Shown: positions 14,787 to 27,450 of the stretch, piece by piece
Position numbering within the stretch: position 1 is the first letter of the stretch
Layout: the number at the start of each line of letters is the position of its first letter
Translations under genes and position numbers: made by a program
Notes under the pieces: generated by a model
Seen by the model: the letters and a program-made list of their open reading frames with translations, nothing else
What the model was told of the DNA's origin: nothing
The model's database searches: none
Source: Octopus bimaculoides
Lineage: Eukaryota
Direction of reading: 5' to 3'
DNA: 64,000 nt
Assembly (NCBI RefSeq): GCF_001194135.2
Contig: NC_069001.1
Coordinates: forward strand, 39,185,197 to 39,249,196

Positions 14787-15452
14787 ATACACGTATATAT
14801 AAATATATATTTGTGTATATATGCATATATATTTGCATATATGTATGTACCTGTATATATATGTATATATATACATATACACACATATATACATTTGTAC
14901 ACATACACACACATATATACATTTGTGTGTATATATATATATATATATATATACACGTATGTATGCTTGTGTGCGTGTGTGTGCGTGTGTCTGTTTACGG
15001 GTGCAGGTATTTCCAATTCCCTCTGCCACCCTAAGCAGTAACAAAACTTAGAACAAACACAACACGCTCTCCATTCATTCCATTTATTTTCTAACTCCGA
15101 GCTGAGCATGTTATATTCTCTACAAATTGCCAGCAAATATGCATTCATCAAATGGAGTTTATTTGTAGCAGTTATTTTTTTATTTCATTTTATTTCTGGT
15201 AATTACTGTTGTTGTTGTTGCTGTTTTGAGTTAAGTGAATGGATGTCATTGGATATATGTCTGTCATGGAAATCTATTAGCTGTTGTATAGTCCCCGGTC
15301 GATATAGCACGTCTTACATATGCACAGAACAAGTGTGGCAAAAGCAACAACACCAACAACGTCTGTGACAACCGTCACAAAGCAACAACAACGACTTCCA
15401 TGGTTGCAGTAATATCAACAACAAGATGAAAGCAACAACAAAAACAGTAACG

Positions 15453-15520
<68 letters not shown>

Positions 15521-15921
15521 GCACACGCACATATAGATGCCTAAATCGAAAATAACTACGACTACATGTGATAATAAATGTTATCACTACTACAACCACC
15601 AAAATAACCAGAAGAACAATAATAGCAATGATGATGATGATGATGATGATGATAAGAAGCAGAAGAAGAGAGATGATTAAGATGATGGATACATTTAAAA
15701 TGTATTCGAGGACCTCGTAAATCCAATGTTTGTAAACAGAAACGTGCAGAGATTTCTATAGATAATATATACACTCACACACATATGCGCACACACCCGC
15801 ATGTGTACACACACTCACACACACACATATATATATGCCTACATCGAAAATAACTACTACTACACAGCGGTGCTGACAATGCTAATAACAATGACAGTAA
15901 TAGGACATGTATAGATTTGTC

Positions 15922-16025
15922 TGTGCTGTTAAGAAGTTCGAGTCAGTACTACGTCATCGTAGGTTCGATCCCACAGCGAGACGCTTTGGGTCTGTATCTT
16001 CTGTTGTAGACTCACAAGATCACCG
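15922..16025 (+). mobile_element. Degraded SINE family D
   Basis: GTTAAGAAGTTCG...GGTTCGATCCCAC (A/B-box-like), similar to 29315. Confidence 0.45.
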
Positions 16026-16378
16026 ATATCATTGTCAGCAGAATTGCTTGACAAAATATTCGGAAAAAAAGAAGCGTGTACGAGTGTGTGTGTGAGATCG
16101 CCCATATATTAATGTGTGTATGTGTATGTATGTGGTTGCTCTGAGATCACTTCGGCAGCTGACGTGTGCTAGACTGCGCACCTGTTCAGGTAAAGTCGAT
16201 TTCATGCTGGCAGTGAGCGGATGTACGATTGGTACATTTGATCTCAATAAACAAATAAACTGCGGCTGATTCAGCAACAAGTTGTGGAACCTTCCTCTGC
16301 CGTATATATGTGAGTGTGTATATGGTTGTGTGTGAATGTGTGTTTGTGTGTTTACACATTGTTATGCTTAGATATACA

Positions 16379-16477
<99 letters not shown>

Positions 16478-16591
16478 ATTTTAGGATTACTGAAATTTCG
16501 TATATTCCATGTACTCCTACATTGTATTTTTTGTACACGTTTCGTGACGTCCTGTGCCCCCCCCCCACACATATATGTATGTATATGTTAA

Positions 16592-16734
16592 GGCGCTTGG
16601 TTCAGTCGGTTAGAGCGTCGAACGTACGATCGTGGGGTTGTGAGTTCGAATCCCGGACCGGGCTGCGTGTTGTGTTCTTGAGCAAGACACTTTATTTCAC
16701 GTTCCTCCAGTTCACTCAGCTGTAGAAATGAGTT
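16592..16734 (+). mobile_element. tRNA-derived CORE-like SINE (family B), 5' half
   Basis: A box TGGTTCAGTCGG and B box GAGTTCGAATCC, followed by GTGTTGTGTTCTTGAGCAAGACACTTTATTTCAC resembling the CORE domain. Truncated at a TA tract. Confidence 0.85.
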
Positions 16735-17607
16735 ATATATACACACTTACATAAACATACGTGTTTGTGTGAGTATGTATGATGAGCCAGATTATAATCA
16801 AATTAAAAAGGTGCATATGTGTGTGTATAAGATCGAATTCATGGGTGGTACGTGGTATACTGGGCCGGCTGGTGGGCTGGATAACCTGACGTTGTGGGGC
16901 ACTAAATGATTAAAAGGTGTCTGGTGAGGAAGTCGTAAGAGATATGTAAATATAATTGGTTGTAATTGACAGTTATAACGATGACAAAGAATTCTGTTAA
17001 TGTAATGCAAATTTGGAGAAGTCTTGGAGATGATTAAATAGGTAGTGTTTTGGGGTGGGGTGGGGTGTTGGTGACAAACAGTTTTAGAGACTGACTTATG
17101 ATGGTGGGGGATTAGAGGAATATACTTGGGACAGTGGGAGTTAGATTCGATAAAAAGTGGTTGTGTTCTGTTTATAGTGTCATTAATTATATTTGGAAGA
17201 GGTGTGGGGAAAGCTGCGGGAGGGTGGTGGTGTCTTGACCTATTTAGTACTTGCAGTAAATGGAGCTACTACAAAGAGGAGGAGTGTACATTCATATGCA
17301 TATATATATGTGTGTGTGTATGCATGTGTGTATGTACGTATATATACATGCATATATATCTACACACACATATATATATATACACACACTTGTATATATA
17401 TATATATATGCGTGTGTGTGTGTGTGTGTGTATACATGTATATGTACATCACATATGCATCATATATCTATGTATATTTATGTGCAAGCATATATTTATA
17501 TATACATTTATATATATGGGAGAATATACAAAAAATAACAACAGACGAGGACAGGTGGTGTAAATAACAAAAGTATATATTAGTATGACGCTCGGGAATA
17601 CGGAAAG

Positions 17608-17644
17608 TCTTTGACGTTTCGAGCTTCGCTCTTCAACAGAAAGA
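17608..17644 (-). ncRNA. Degenerate minimal type-I hammerhead ribozyme motif (Penelope-type)
   Basis: UCUUU CUGUUGA A GAGC-GAA-GCUC GAAAC GUC AAAGA: 5-bp stem I, 4-bp stem II, self-complementary ACGU stem III and a GUC site. One core change (A6 to U). Confidence 0.7.
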
Positions 17645-18680
17645 ATACGGAGACAAGGAGAAAAACACGGAGAAAAAAAATTGAATAGTGTTATATATAC
17701 ATTTATATATACATTTATATATACATTTATATACACACACAGACATGCACTGGCACACACATATATATATCTATCGCACATACCCAGATCGAATGCTAGA
17801 TAGACATAATGTCATTTATATACACACTACTAATTGATATCTTCTCATCCTGGGAACATGTTCTATTCAATATATATTTATTTTCACATATACTTTTATT
17901 GTTTGGCTAATCACCACAAATGATATATATTTATTCATTACAATATCTCATCGTTACATTACGTGTAGGCGGCGTCGCTGCCGGACTCCACATCCATCTC
18001 CATAATACTGTGCTGAATATGGTATCAAAACGCAGCACATAACAGTTGCCCGAAGACATGGAACCTCGAAATTTCATTAGCTTCTCACACGGACTTCGTA
18101 TTAGACCTATTTTTGTTTTACGTTTTGGTCTCTTTCTCGTTATTTAGATATATCGATATAACCGCTTCAATCTTAATTTGTGTATATATTTATGTGTGTG
18201 GTGAGTAGGTATTTGTGTTCCTTTCGTCAATGCATGTCGCTAAAATATACAGAACAAAACAAACAAAAAAAAAAGCGAGCAGCTGGTGTTTTAAGATCAG
18301 TGTTGCCCTTCGGTGTTTATTCTGAAGTTACTCATCTTCGTCATCAATGTTACTTGACGAAGCTGAATAAAGACAGGTCTGAGAAGAGAATCCCTCTACT
18401 AAAAACTGCCAACCAAATTCTTTACATGCGTTCCTTCGCCACAGACACCAGACGGATCAAGGCCACCTGATCTGCTAAACAAAAGTGAGGGGGTGGTTCA
18501 GTTGGAGACAGCAAGGGAAAGACCTCCGGTTGGGATTGAACATGAAGCGATCTTTTTGATCGTATTTTGATGGACCATGCCTGAATTGGAGCTAAACATC
18601 AACAGAGGCATCAAGTTGCCTTTTCACTGTTATTAAGGGTTGCTAGATATAGTAGGTAAATCGACCTCAGATCAGAAACC

Positions 18681-19094
18681 AAAGAATATAAGAGATGTCA
18701 TGACAACATAGCAAGGATTGTCCATTGGACACTTTGCAACAAGTATGGACTTGACACAGCAAGAAACTGGAACGAACATAAACCCGAAGGTATCATCGAA
18801 AATGATAATTGAAAGATCCTATGGGGATTTTATGATTCAGTGCGACCATGAGATCGAGAATAGGAAACCAGACATAGACTTAATTGAGAAAAAGAGAGCA
18901 AACGATGTTGGATCATAGACATAGCATGCCCAGCTGACAACAAGGTATGCCATAAGGAGGAAAGAAAAGTCGATAGATATGAGAGGTTAGCTTGGGAGGT
19001 TAAGGAGTTGTGGCCGATGAAAAAGGTGGTAGTGGTGCCGGTGGTTGTCGGAGTCCTGGAAACAGTGAATAAAAATCACGAGAAGTACCAATAG
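18681..19094 (+). mobile_element. R4/Dong-like non-LTR retrotransposon 3' fragment with restriction-like endonuclease
   Basis: KEYKRCHDNIARIVHWTLCNKYGL...WNEHKPEGIIEN, IQCDHEIENRKPDIDLIEKK, IIDIACPAD...ERKVDRYERLAWEVKELW..KKVVVVPVVVGVL. The RHD and KPD..D motifs are typical of RLE-clade LINEs; stops and frameshifts present. Confidence 0.88.
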
Positions 19095-19329
19095 AATGAG
19101 GGAGAAATTAAGACATTGTACGTCTTTTATATTTGGAAGAGGGGAAAGGGCATAGGCTGTGACCTTTTAAGAGGGTTGTGTAATCGGTGGAAAGAGGGGT
19201 AAAGGGACTTAGTTCTACTCATAAAGAAGACTTATGATTGCAACATATTGGGTCTTACTGAGTTTACCCAGGGTCTCAGAGGGATGTCAAACTAGAAACA
19301 AATTCAGTACTACCCCCAAAATGACAGAA

Positions 19330-19490
19330 TGACTGGAATCCGCTTACCCAAAAAGAGTATCTACACAACCTCAGTCAAGTAAATTTCACTGACATGCCTT
19401 TGGTCCACAAATAGCAATCATAAACGTAGATACTTGCTCAAGGTGCCAGGTTGTGAGATGGATCCCCACACAACGTTAGCCACGGATGGA
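19330..19490 (-). mobile_element. Degraded SINE family D
   Basis: ATACTTGCTCAAGGTGCCAGG is the reverse complement of the CORE-like GGCACCTTGAGCAAGT. Confidence 0.5.
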
Positions 19491-19959
19491 TGTCATTTTC
19501 AATAAAGAAAAAAAAAGAAGACCTCAAACGTTTCTGAATTATTGTATGAAACAGTTGCATAGGATATGATGAGATAACTAAAGATGTGTATGACACATCT
19601 ATAAGTTGATATCTGTTTGGTAATTAATAGCGACAGATAATGAAATTGAATTTAGTTATTTAGTGTCTTTCTTATCAGTTGTGTCCAGATAATTAGATCT
19701 GATCATTGATCATATTGGTTACTTATTGAACAGCGTCCACAGAAATGACGATATCACACAGGATATCATTGCTGTGTGATATCCGAGACACTTCATTGAC
19801 TTCTCTGCAGCAGTCACGCCACTTCAACAAAAGCAGGACACTCTCTGTCTGATACACATGCAGACATGCAGCCATATATATATACATATCAGTGTGTGTG
19901 CGCGTGCGTGCGTGCTTGAGAGCGTAGTAACTGGCCATCTAAAGCCAATCCCTTGGCCG

Positions 19960-20090
19960 AGTCATCAGAGTGTCCGATAGAAATTGTTGCATTTGTTGCA
20001 GTATCTGCGAACTTCTTTCAAATTCCATCGAAGACGACTTTGGCTTTCATCTTGTTGAAGGTCGATCAATAAAGTACCAATTAACTACTT
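19960..20090 (+). mobile_element. Degraded SINE family A
   Basis: TTCAAATTCCATCGAAGACGACTTTGGCTTTCATC...GGTCGATCAATAAAGTACCA. Confidence 0.55.
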
Positions 20091-20184
20091 GGCCCTATCA
20101 CGCTTCTCTCTCTTTCGTTCTCTCTGTCCTCTTTTAAGGACCATTGTCACTAACTCTTATCGGTCTTCTTTCCACGCCGATCCG

Positions 20185-20219
<35 letters not shown>

Positions 20220-21032
20220 CAGTAGATAGGGACAGTGGGAATCTCGTTGATCCCATCACCAGCCAGATCCCTTCACACCCCACTTGACCATTTCTGAAAC
20301 CAGTTGTCATCTCCCACTTGGTCCTCAACAGTTTCGATTATCTCCCAGAATCAAAATGTCTACCATGACAGACAGTATATATTTCTAGTGGAATATCTCA
20401 AGTGTTGATAAAACGGCAAGACATCAACTTTTTCATCAGAATAACTGTTCATATACTTCCGGTCCTCGAATTTCAATTGTTATTCTTCTAAAATTTGTTT
20501 CCACCATCAAACCGGAATTTCACTCAGGTGCCATTAAACATTTCACAGTTTAACTATTAATTTCTCGTTTATTTATCGTAAAACTTTTCTGTCGTCTGTC
20601 AAGGCAAAACGTGTCAAAATGTAAACAAATTTTATAGCGAATGACCCAATCATCTGTTCGGTTGAGGATCCACTCCACATATTCACACATTAAATATATT
20701 TTGTTTGTTCTCTCTGTATATCAGCTAAGTATGTGATATTTTACTGTTCAGTCCACGCCATCCCCTTGGAATATTCACTCGGTTATTAATGGCTGCTATG
20801 GTGATAGATATCAGCAAGACTTGATCTGTAAAAATATCTGCCAATATTCATATTTATATATTTTCCCTCCCATTTCCTTTGACTGTTACAATGCATACAC
20901 CGCTCTTTGTTCTTTCATTACAAGCTTACTTTCTACCGTAATATAAACATCGCATATCGACGGCATTTTATCGTCTGCCTTCCTAACGCTAAAATGCAAA
21001 CAAACAGACGAACGACTGTCATCTGCTGTACT

Positions 21033-21095
<63 letters not shown>

Positions 21096-21195
21096 ACACA
21101 CACATGCACACACACACAATACACATATATGATCTATGTCTACAAGCTTTCTGTATTTTATGGCATGCATTCCGAGATAATATTTTCATTTCAAG

Positions 21196-21306
21196 TTATG
21201 ACATTACAGAAATGACTTACAACCTACCAGAGGCAGATATACAGCAAGATACACCTATTCTATATTTTCAGCTCCTGGAGTCCGTCGAGACAGAATTGAA
21301 TAACTT
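21196..21306 (+). CDS. Candidate internal coding exon, SEA-domain-like N-terminal half
   Basis: Acceptor TTTTCATTTCAAG, donor GTAAGA, 111 nt, phase 2-2, open frame YDITEMTYNLPEADIQQDTPILYFQLLESVETELNN(L). Pattern resembles the first strand and helix of SEA domains (recall, not searched). Confidence 0.45.
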
Positions 21307-21626
21307 GTAAGATTTTCTCTTCCATTAAGATCTATTTACTTCAACGATTTAACAAAATAATTTATTTAACGATGTATCATGTTGCGGCACTGAATATTTC
21401 CATTCCTTTAGGAACAGAAAATGATTGCAGCCATTCAGATCCACTTTCACCATAAACCATCATCATTTTTCACCATCATTTCACCACCATCGCTTTTTCA
21501 AATTTACACACCAATACTCATAACAATAATAAATGTATACATACATACATACATACATACATACATACATACGTACATACATTTAATCAAATATACATTT
21601 ATATGTATGCATACATATCTATCTAT

Positions 21627-21673
<47 letters not shown>

Positions 21674-21900
21674 TTTGTACTGAATTTTCTTTTACTCGCG
21701 AATTGAGTGTCACGGTCCATAGTAATAATTTAGTATTTAGGCAGGTTTTATACAGCATAAAGCTACTTATTCATTCTTCCTTCTATGTTTACACTTTCCA
21801 TTTGCTATCTTCACATGCTGTATTAGAGATTTTTTTCTATGGTTGTTTGTATTTCATTCGCAAACTCTTTATTTGTTCTAACTTTCCCACAGATGTTTTT

Positions 21901-21988
<88 letters not shown>

Positions 21989-22616
21989 TGCTGTTTCTAA
22001 AAAAAATCCTGTCACTTCTAAGTTGTTTTTTTCCCTCTTATTGTTCATCATCATATTCTCTCTTCTGCTCGCCAATTCAATAAGTGTTGTTTCTGCTTGT
22101 CTATTGCCGAAACGTGTCATGTTTTTCTTTGCCATCACATGTGCTCGCATTTTGTACTTGCTTATTCAGTAGTTGTCCTGCATCTGCCTGTTGCCTACAC
22201 CGCTCCTGTCCTGTTTTGCTAACGCTGTGCATCTTCCTACATCATCAGAAGTAATTTCATATCTGAAGTTGCTAATCATTATCATATAAACAATGGCATT
22301 TCTAATTTGATATCTGAAGCCTGTAATATATTATTTCTGTCTACAAATTAAATTGTATTTCCGTTGCAGTTAATAATCGGAATATCGCCAAGTTTCGTCT
22401 AGTTTGTAAAGATTAACTCATTCCGCTGTCTGCGATGTTAGATTATCTAAATTTTTCAGCTGAAAAAATAATTTTGTTCAGTAATTATATTCTATGCCCC
22501 AAAGAAGGGTTGTCAGGGATATATTTGTATTCGGGGTGACGTCTTGCTTTTCATTTGATATATATTTCCATACTATTATCTTTTTTATTTTTTTTAATTT
22601 TTTTAATTTTAATTTT

Positions 22617-22759
22617 TTTTTATTGCCCACAAGGGGCTAAACATAGAGGGGACAGACAAGGGATTAAGTCGATTACATCGACCCCAGTGAGTAACTGGTA
22701 CTTAATTTATCGACCCCGAAAAGATGAAAGGCCGAGTCGACCTCGGCGGAATTTGAACT
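22617..22759 (-). mobile_element. SINE family A variant, 5'-truncated, with distinct 3' end and A tail
   Basis: Reverse complement reads AGTTCAAATTCCGCCGAGGTCGACTCGGCCTTTCATCTTTTCGGGGTCGATAAATTAAGTACCAG...TTAGCCCCTTGTGGGCAATAAAAAAA. Confidence 0.85.
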
Positions 22760-22799
22760 ATTATCTCTGAACACCCTAAAAGGATTTTACATACACGCA

Positions 22800-22856
<57 letters not shown>

Positions 22857-23042
22857 AGGTATGATTATGTATGTGTGTACATATGCTTATATATGTAAGT
22901 AAATATGCTCGTATATGAGTGTGTGTATGCATGTATATATATACATAAATACATATTTATATATATATATGTATATATATATGTGTGTTTGTGTGTGTGT
23001 GTATATATGTACATATATATATACATATATACATATAGACAT

Positions 23043-23091
<49 letters not shown>

Positions 23092-23779
23092 TATTTATAT
23101 ACACACACACAGATGAATGTATTTATATATGTATATACAATCCGTGTATGTGTATATATATGTACGCACATATATATACACAAATATTATATATATCCAT
23201 TATATGAACTTATGTATATATGTGCGTGTGTATACGTGTATATATTTATACAGATCCTGAATTGTTTATATAAAATATGACATCAATCGCTTCCAGCAAC
23301 ACTTGGAGTATAGCAAAAAGCACCGACGGGGAAGAGGAGCGGTATGAGGGGGAGGAATTTACAGACAAATGCGGGAATATACGGAAACATACAGGAATAA
23401 AAAAAATAGGCGAATAGAAAATTATTATTATTGACATCGTTCAGGAGTCATGGTTATTTGCACATACGTCCGTATGTACCCAGATACGTAGAGATACGTA
23501 GGTATATTTCGTCATATGCAAACGTACAGGTAGGTGTGAGCAGATATATATATATGTGTGTGTGTGTATATATATATATATGTATATATGTATATATGTG
23601 TGTATATATATATATATATATGAATATATATGTGTATATATATATATATGTATATATATGTGTGTATGGGTGTGTATATATATGTATTTATATGTATATG
23701 CATATATATCCATATGTTACGTATATACATACACACACGTATATATTTAAACACAGTCATATATATATATATATATATA

Positions 23780-23812
<33 letters not shown>

Positions 23813-24494
23813 TCGTCCTCTATATTATACATATCCAGCGCTGCTTGAAATGGTGCGAGTGATTNNNNNNNNNNNNNNNNNNNNNNNNNNNNNNNNNNNN
23901 NNNNNNNNNNNNNNNNNNNNNNNNNNNNNNNNNNNNNNNNNNNNNNNNNNNNNNNNNNNNNNNNNNNNNNNNNNNNNNNNNNNNNNNNNNNNNNNNNNNN
24001 NNNNNNNNNNNNNNNNNNNNNNNNNNNNNNNNNNNNNNNNNNNNNNNNNNNNNNNNNNNNNNNNNNNNNNNNNNNNNNNNNNNNNNNNNNNNNNNNNNNN
24101 NNNNNNNNNNNNNNNNNNNNNNNNNNNNNNNNNNNNNNNNNNNNNNNNNNNNNNNNNNNNNNNNNNNNNNNNNNNNNNNNNNNNNNNNNNNNNNNNNNNN
24201 NNNNNNNNNNNNNNNNNNNNNNNNNNNNNNNNNNNNNNNNNNNNNNNNNNNNNNNNNNNNNNNNNNNNNNNNNNNNNNNNNNNNNNNNNNNNNNNNNNNN
24301 NNNNNNNNNNNNNNNNNNNNNNNNNNNNNNNNNNNNNNNNNNNNNNNNNNNNNNNNNNNNNNNNNNNNNNNNNNNNNNNNNNNNNNNNNNNNNNNNNNNN
24401 NNNNNNNNNNNNNNNNNNNNNNNGAGTCAAAGAATTTTGATAAATTCAAGGAACACGGAAGGAATTTTGTGAACTTTTGCATAACGTCAATTCG

Positions 24495-24612
24495 ATGGTT
24501 GATTGGTTGGATGGTTAAAGCCTCGGAGAAATTTGTCGTGTCTCTTGGAGTACTAAGATCAAATCCCACCGACTACAAATTTGGCTTTCATCTGCGGGGG
24601 ATAAACTAATAT
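24495..24612 (+). mobile_element. Highly degraded SINE family A-like fragment
   Basis: GATCAAATCCCACCGAC...TTTGGCTTTCATCTGCGGGGGATAAAC. Confidence 0.4.
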
Positions 24613-24682
24613 AACAACCAAACACCAAACGCTAGGGTTTCTTTTTTTTCTTTCTTTCTTTCTAGTTTAAATTCTCTCTCTC

Positions 24683-24735
<53 letters not shown>

Positions 24736-25372
24736 GTATATGTGCTTGTGTGTGTAAATGTGCTGAATAAAAGAGAAAGTTACTGAGTCTGACTAAACAG
24801 TTCAGTGTTCTCTGTTCCGTACTCAAGTACGCCCTCCTCCTCTAATTACTTTCAACGTATGATCAGCGGTACACGAATAACATCCTTCGTTACCTGAGTT
24901 TCGATTTAACCAACTTGACACGGAAAACATTACATTTTTTGTCGTTTCATACAATGAAATTAAATCAGTAAATTATTTCATAAGCGTGGTAATGATTTAT
25001 AATATTTAACTGGTTAGTATTACTAATTAGTAATCAATATAAATAATTAGTTATTGTGAGAGTGTTGAACAAAAGGATTGTAAGTTGTTTATAGAAACAT
25101 ATAACTATAATGACGTCTGAATTATCGAATATTGATCATTAATGAAGGTTTTTTTCAGCTGAAAAGTTTATCGAGTATTCGGTTTGTGCAGGAAGAGTTA
25201 AAATAGATATAAATAGATTTTTTACGAGTATCAGGAGTATTGTGAAACGATGGGTTTTGAATGGTGACTGACTCAGAATTGGTAGGGGAATAATCCATTG
25301 TAAGCAGCTCTCTACCACTCTGAATATCTGTGTACGCACAGACAGACAGACACACACACACACACATACACC

Positions 25373-25564
25373 CGAGGGTGTGTTTGAAAAGTTTCTGGCT
25401 TTGGGTAAAAACCATACGAGTGGAGGATCAGTTAATAATGATTTTATTCCGCACATTCCCTTCCCAGATTCACACATTTATTGCGACGGTCCCTCAGTCA
25501 GCCCCTGACACGACTCGGCTCTTTACGACACCCTGAAAACCAGAAACTTTTCATCCCCTACTCG
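25373..25564. mobile_element. Mariner-type MITE (~190 bp) with imperfect ~30-bp TIRs
   Basis: Left CGAGGGTGTGTTTGAAAAGTTTCTGGCTTT; right end reverse complement CGAGTAGGGGATGAAAAGTTTCTGGTTTT; TA at the right end. TA-CGAG termini are typical of irritans-like mariners (recall). Confidence 0.75.
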
Positions 25565-25645
25565 TATATGTGTGTGTGTGTGTGTGTGTGTTTGTGTGTG
25601 TGTGTTTGTGTGTGTGTGTGTATACATATACTCATACATACAAAC

Positions 25646-25685
<40 letters not shown>

Positions 25686-26739
25686 CCCCACACATACATA
25701 CATGCATACCTACACAAACACACATATAAGTGTACGCACATAAATACACGCACACTTCTATACACGCACATATATTGGTGTATGTCATATTGCATTGTAT
25801 TATTTTATATTGCAGTATGATGTGCTGATGCCCGTGTTTACTCGTTCCCGGATGTTAGTTTTTGATGAAACATGAAATACTAGAGTTTACATTCAATAGA
25901 TTTAGAATAACAAAATTGACAGCCATATAACATAGCTCTAATATTAACAATAATAATAATAGCAGCACAACAACAAGAACAATAATAATAATATTTGTTC
26001 AGGCGATGTTGAAATTATAACAGCAAGCCTCTTTGATATGACGAGATGTGTGGAATATTACAGTGGTAAATAATACGTCTGTGGCGGCAGCATTTCTTCC
26101 AATAATCCACTCGTACAATAATATCATATTTATGAATGTGTCTCTCTTTGCAAACACTAAACAATCAATCAACGACAATTTGACAGATATGAGAGCTAAA
26201 TAGAAAGCCAAACGGATATATCAGCGCTGTTTCACATTGGCTTTCTTTGTCCAGTTGTCCAGTTCATCGGGAAATCAATACAAGTTCGTTAATGAATGAC
26301 TGACCACAAGTTTTTCTGCTGGTCTCACTTCGTTTTGACTCGTCATTAGCTGACACGGTCTATTTATTAGCCATTTAGGAAAAAAACACTATCTCTCAGC
26401 ACCATTGCTTCTCTTGTGTTTATGTTACACTTCACTAAACATTAACTTATGGTTATGCAGATTCCGGAACACTCACTTATACATTACACTCTCTCTGTCT
26501 CTCTCTCTCGCTCTTTCCCTCTCTTGCATACACACGCACACATAGACACTTGTATGGACATCTATACGTATATATGTGTATAAGCATACAGAGATATGTA
26601 TTTATAAGTATATATAATTATACATGTATAAACAAAAACGGGCTAAGAGGATTATTTCAGATTGGCCATTGGGACAGGCTTAATGTTGAGTAACATAAGA
26701 ATTATTCCTCCAAATTTGAATGAGAAATTCAAAAGTATG

Positions 26740-27155
26740 TGGATTCCATGAACAATTTCACAGATGTTCAATATGCGCACCGCCTGAGACGTGGCCCACG
26801 TCAAGTCTGTTCGCCAGCTCCTCCCAAACACGCTGCAGCATGTCTTGGGTAACAGTCTCCAGTACGGTAGTGATTCTCTGCTCGAGTTCCTCTAGGTTTG
26901 CAAGAAGAGTGGGTGACATAGACCAGGCCCTTCACATAGCCCCATGTTTGCGCTTTCACTTGTCATCTGCCGTTATGGCCTGAACGAGCTGCAGCTTGTA
27001 GGGTTTCATTAGCAAGCGTTTCCTCAGGACGCGACAAACTGTCGTTGGCGGAATCTGGGTTTCCAGACTTGTTCTTCTTATGGATTTCTTGGGGCTTCGC
27101 AAGAGTTTTTGGCGAACCCGCTCGACCGTCTCTTCCGATGCAGCAACAATTCTCG
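26740..27155 (-). mobile_element. Internally deleted Tc1/mariner-superfamily transposase remnant
   Basis: SEETVERVRQKLLRSPKKSIRRTSLETQIPPTTVCRVLRKRLLMKPYKLQLVQAITADDK is joined directly to GYVKGLVYV...NLEELEQRITTVLETVTQDMLQRVWEELANRLDVGHVSGGAHIEHL*. Confidence 0.88.
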
Positions 27156-27224
27156 CTCTCTCTGCCTGCGACAGAATGTGCATTATTCTGAGATAGTTAC
27201 CTCCATAGTAATCAATCATTAGGA

Positions 27225-27450
27225 AAAGAGTTCAGACAAATGATGCCGCTGTCCATGCTGTGACGTTAACTTTCCATCTACAAGGTTGCCGACCTCTGTT
27301 GCTTTTTCTGTTAATGCCTTCCAAACATATCTTCTTCGTTCATCCCTTCCAGTTTGCAACTTGTTCACTATTTAAGGACGTCATGAACCTTTGTTTCGCG
27401 GCAGATCTCTTCCACCACGTAGCCATATCACATCATTGCTGCAGTATGGC
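27225..27450 (-). mobile_element. RTE-like LINE C-terminal fragment
   Basis: TKKICLEGINRKSNRGRQPCRWKVNVTAWT resembles the RTE motif ILQG.VEG.R.RGRQ..RW.DNI..WT. Confidence 0.55.

Noticed and set aside
16592-16665. Possible tRNA gene
   Set aside because: It runs directly into a CORE-like SINE domain, and I could not identify a proper acceptor stem.
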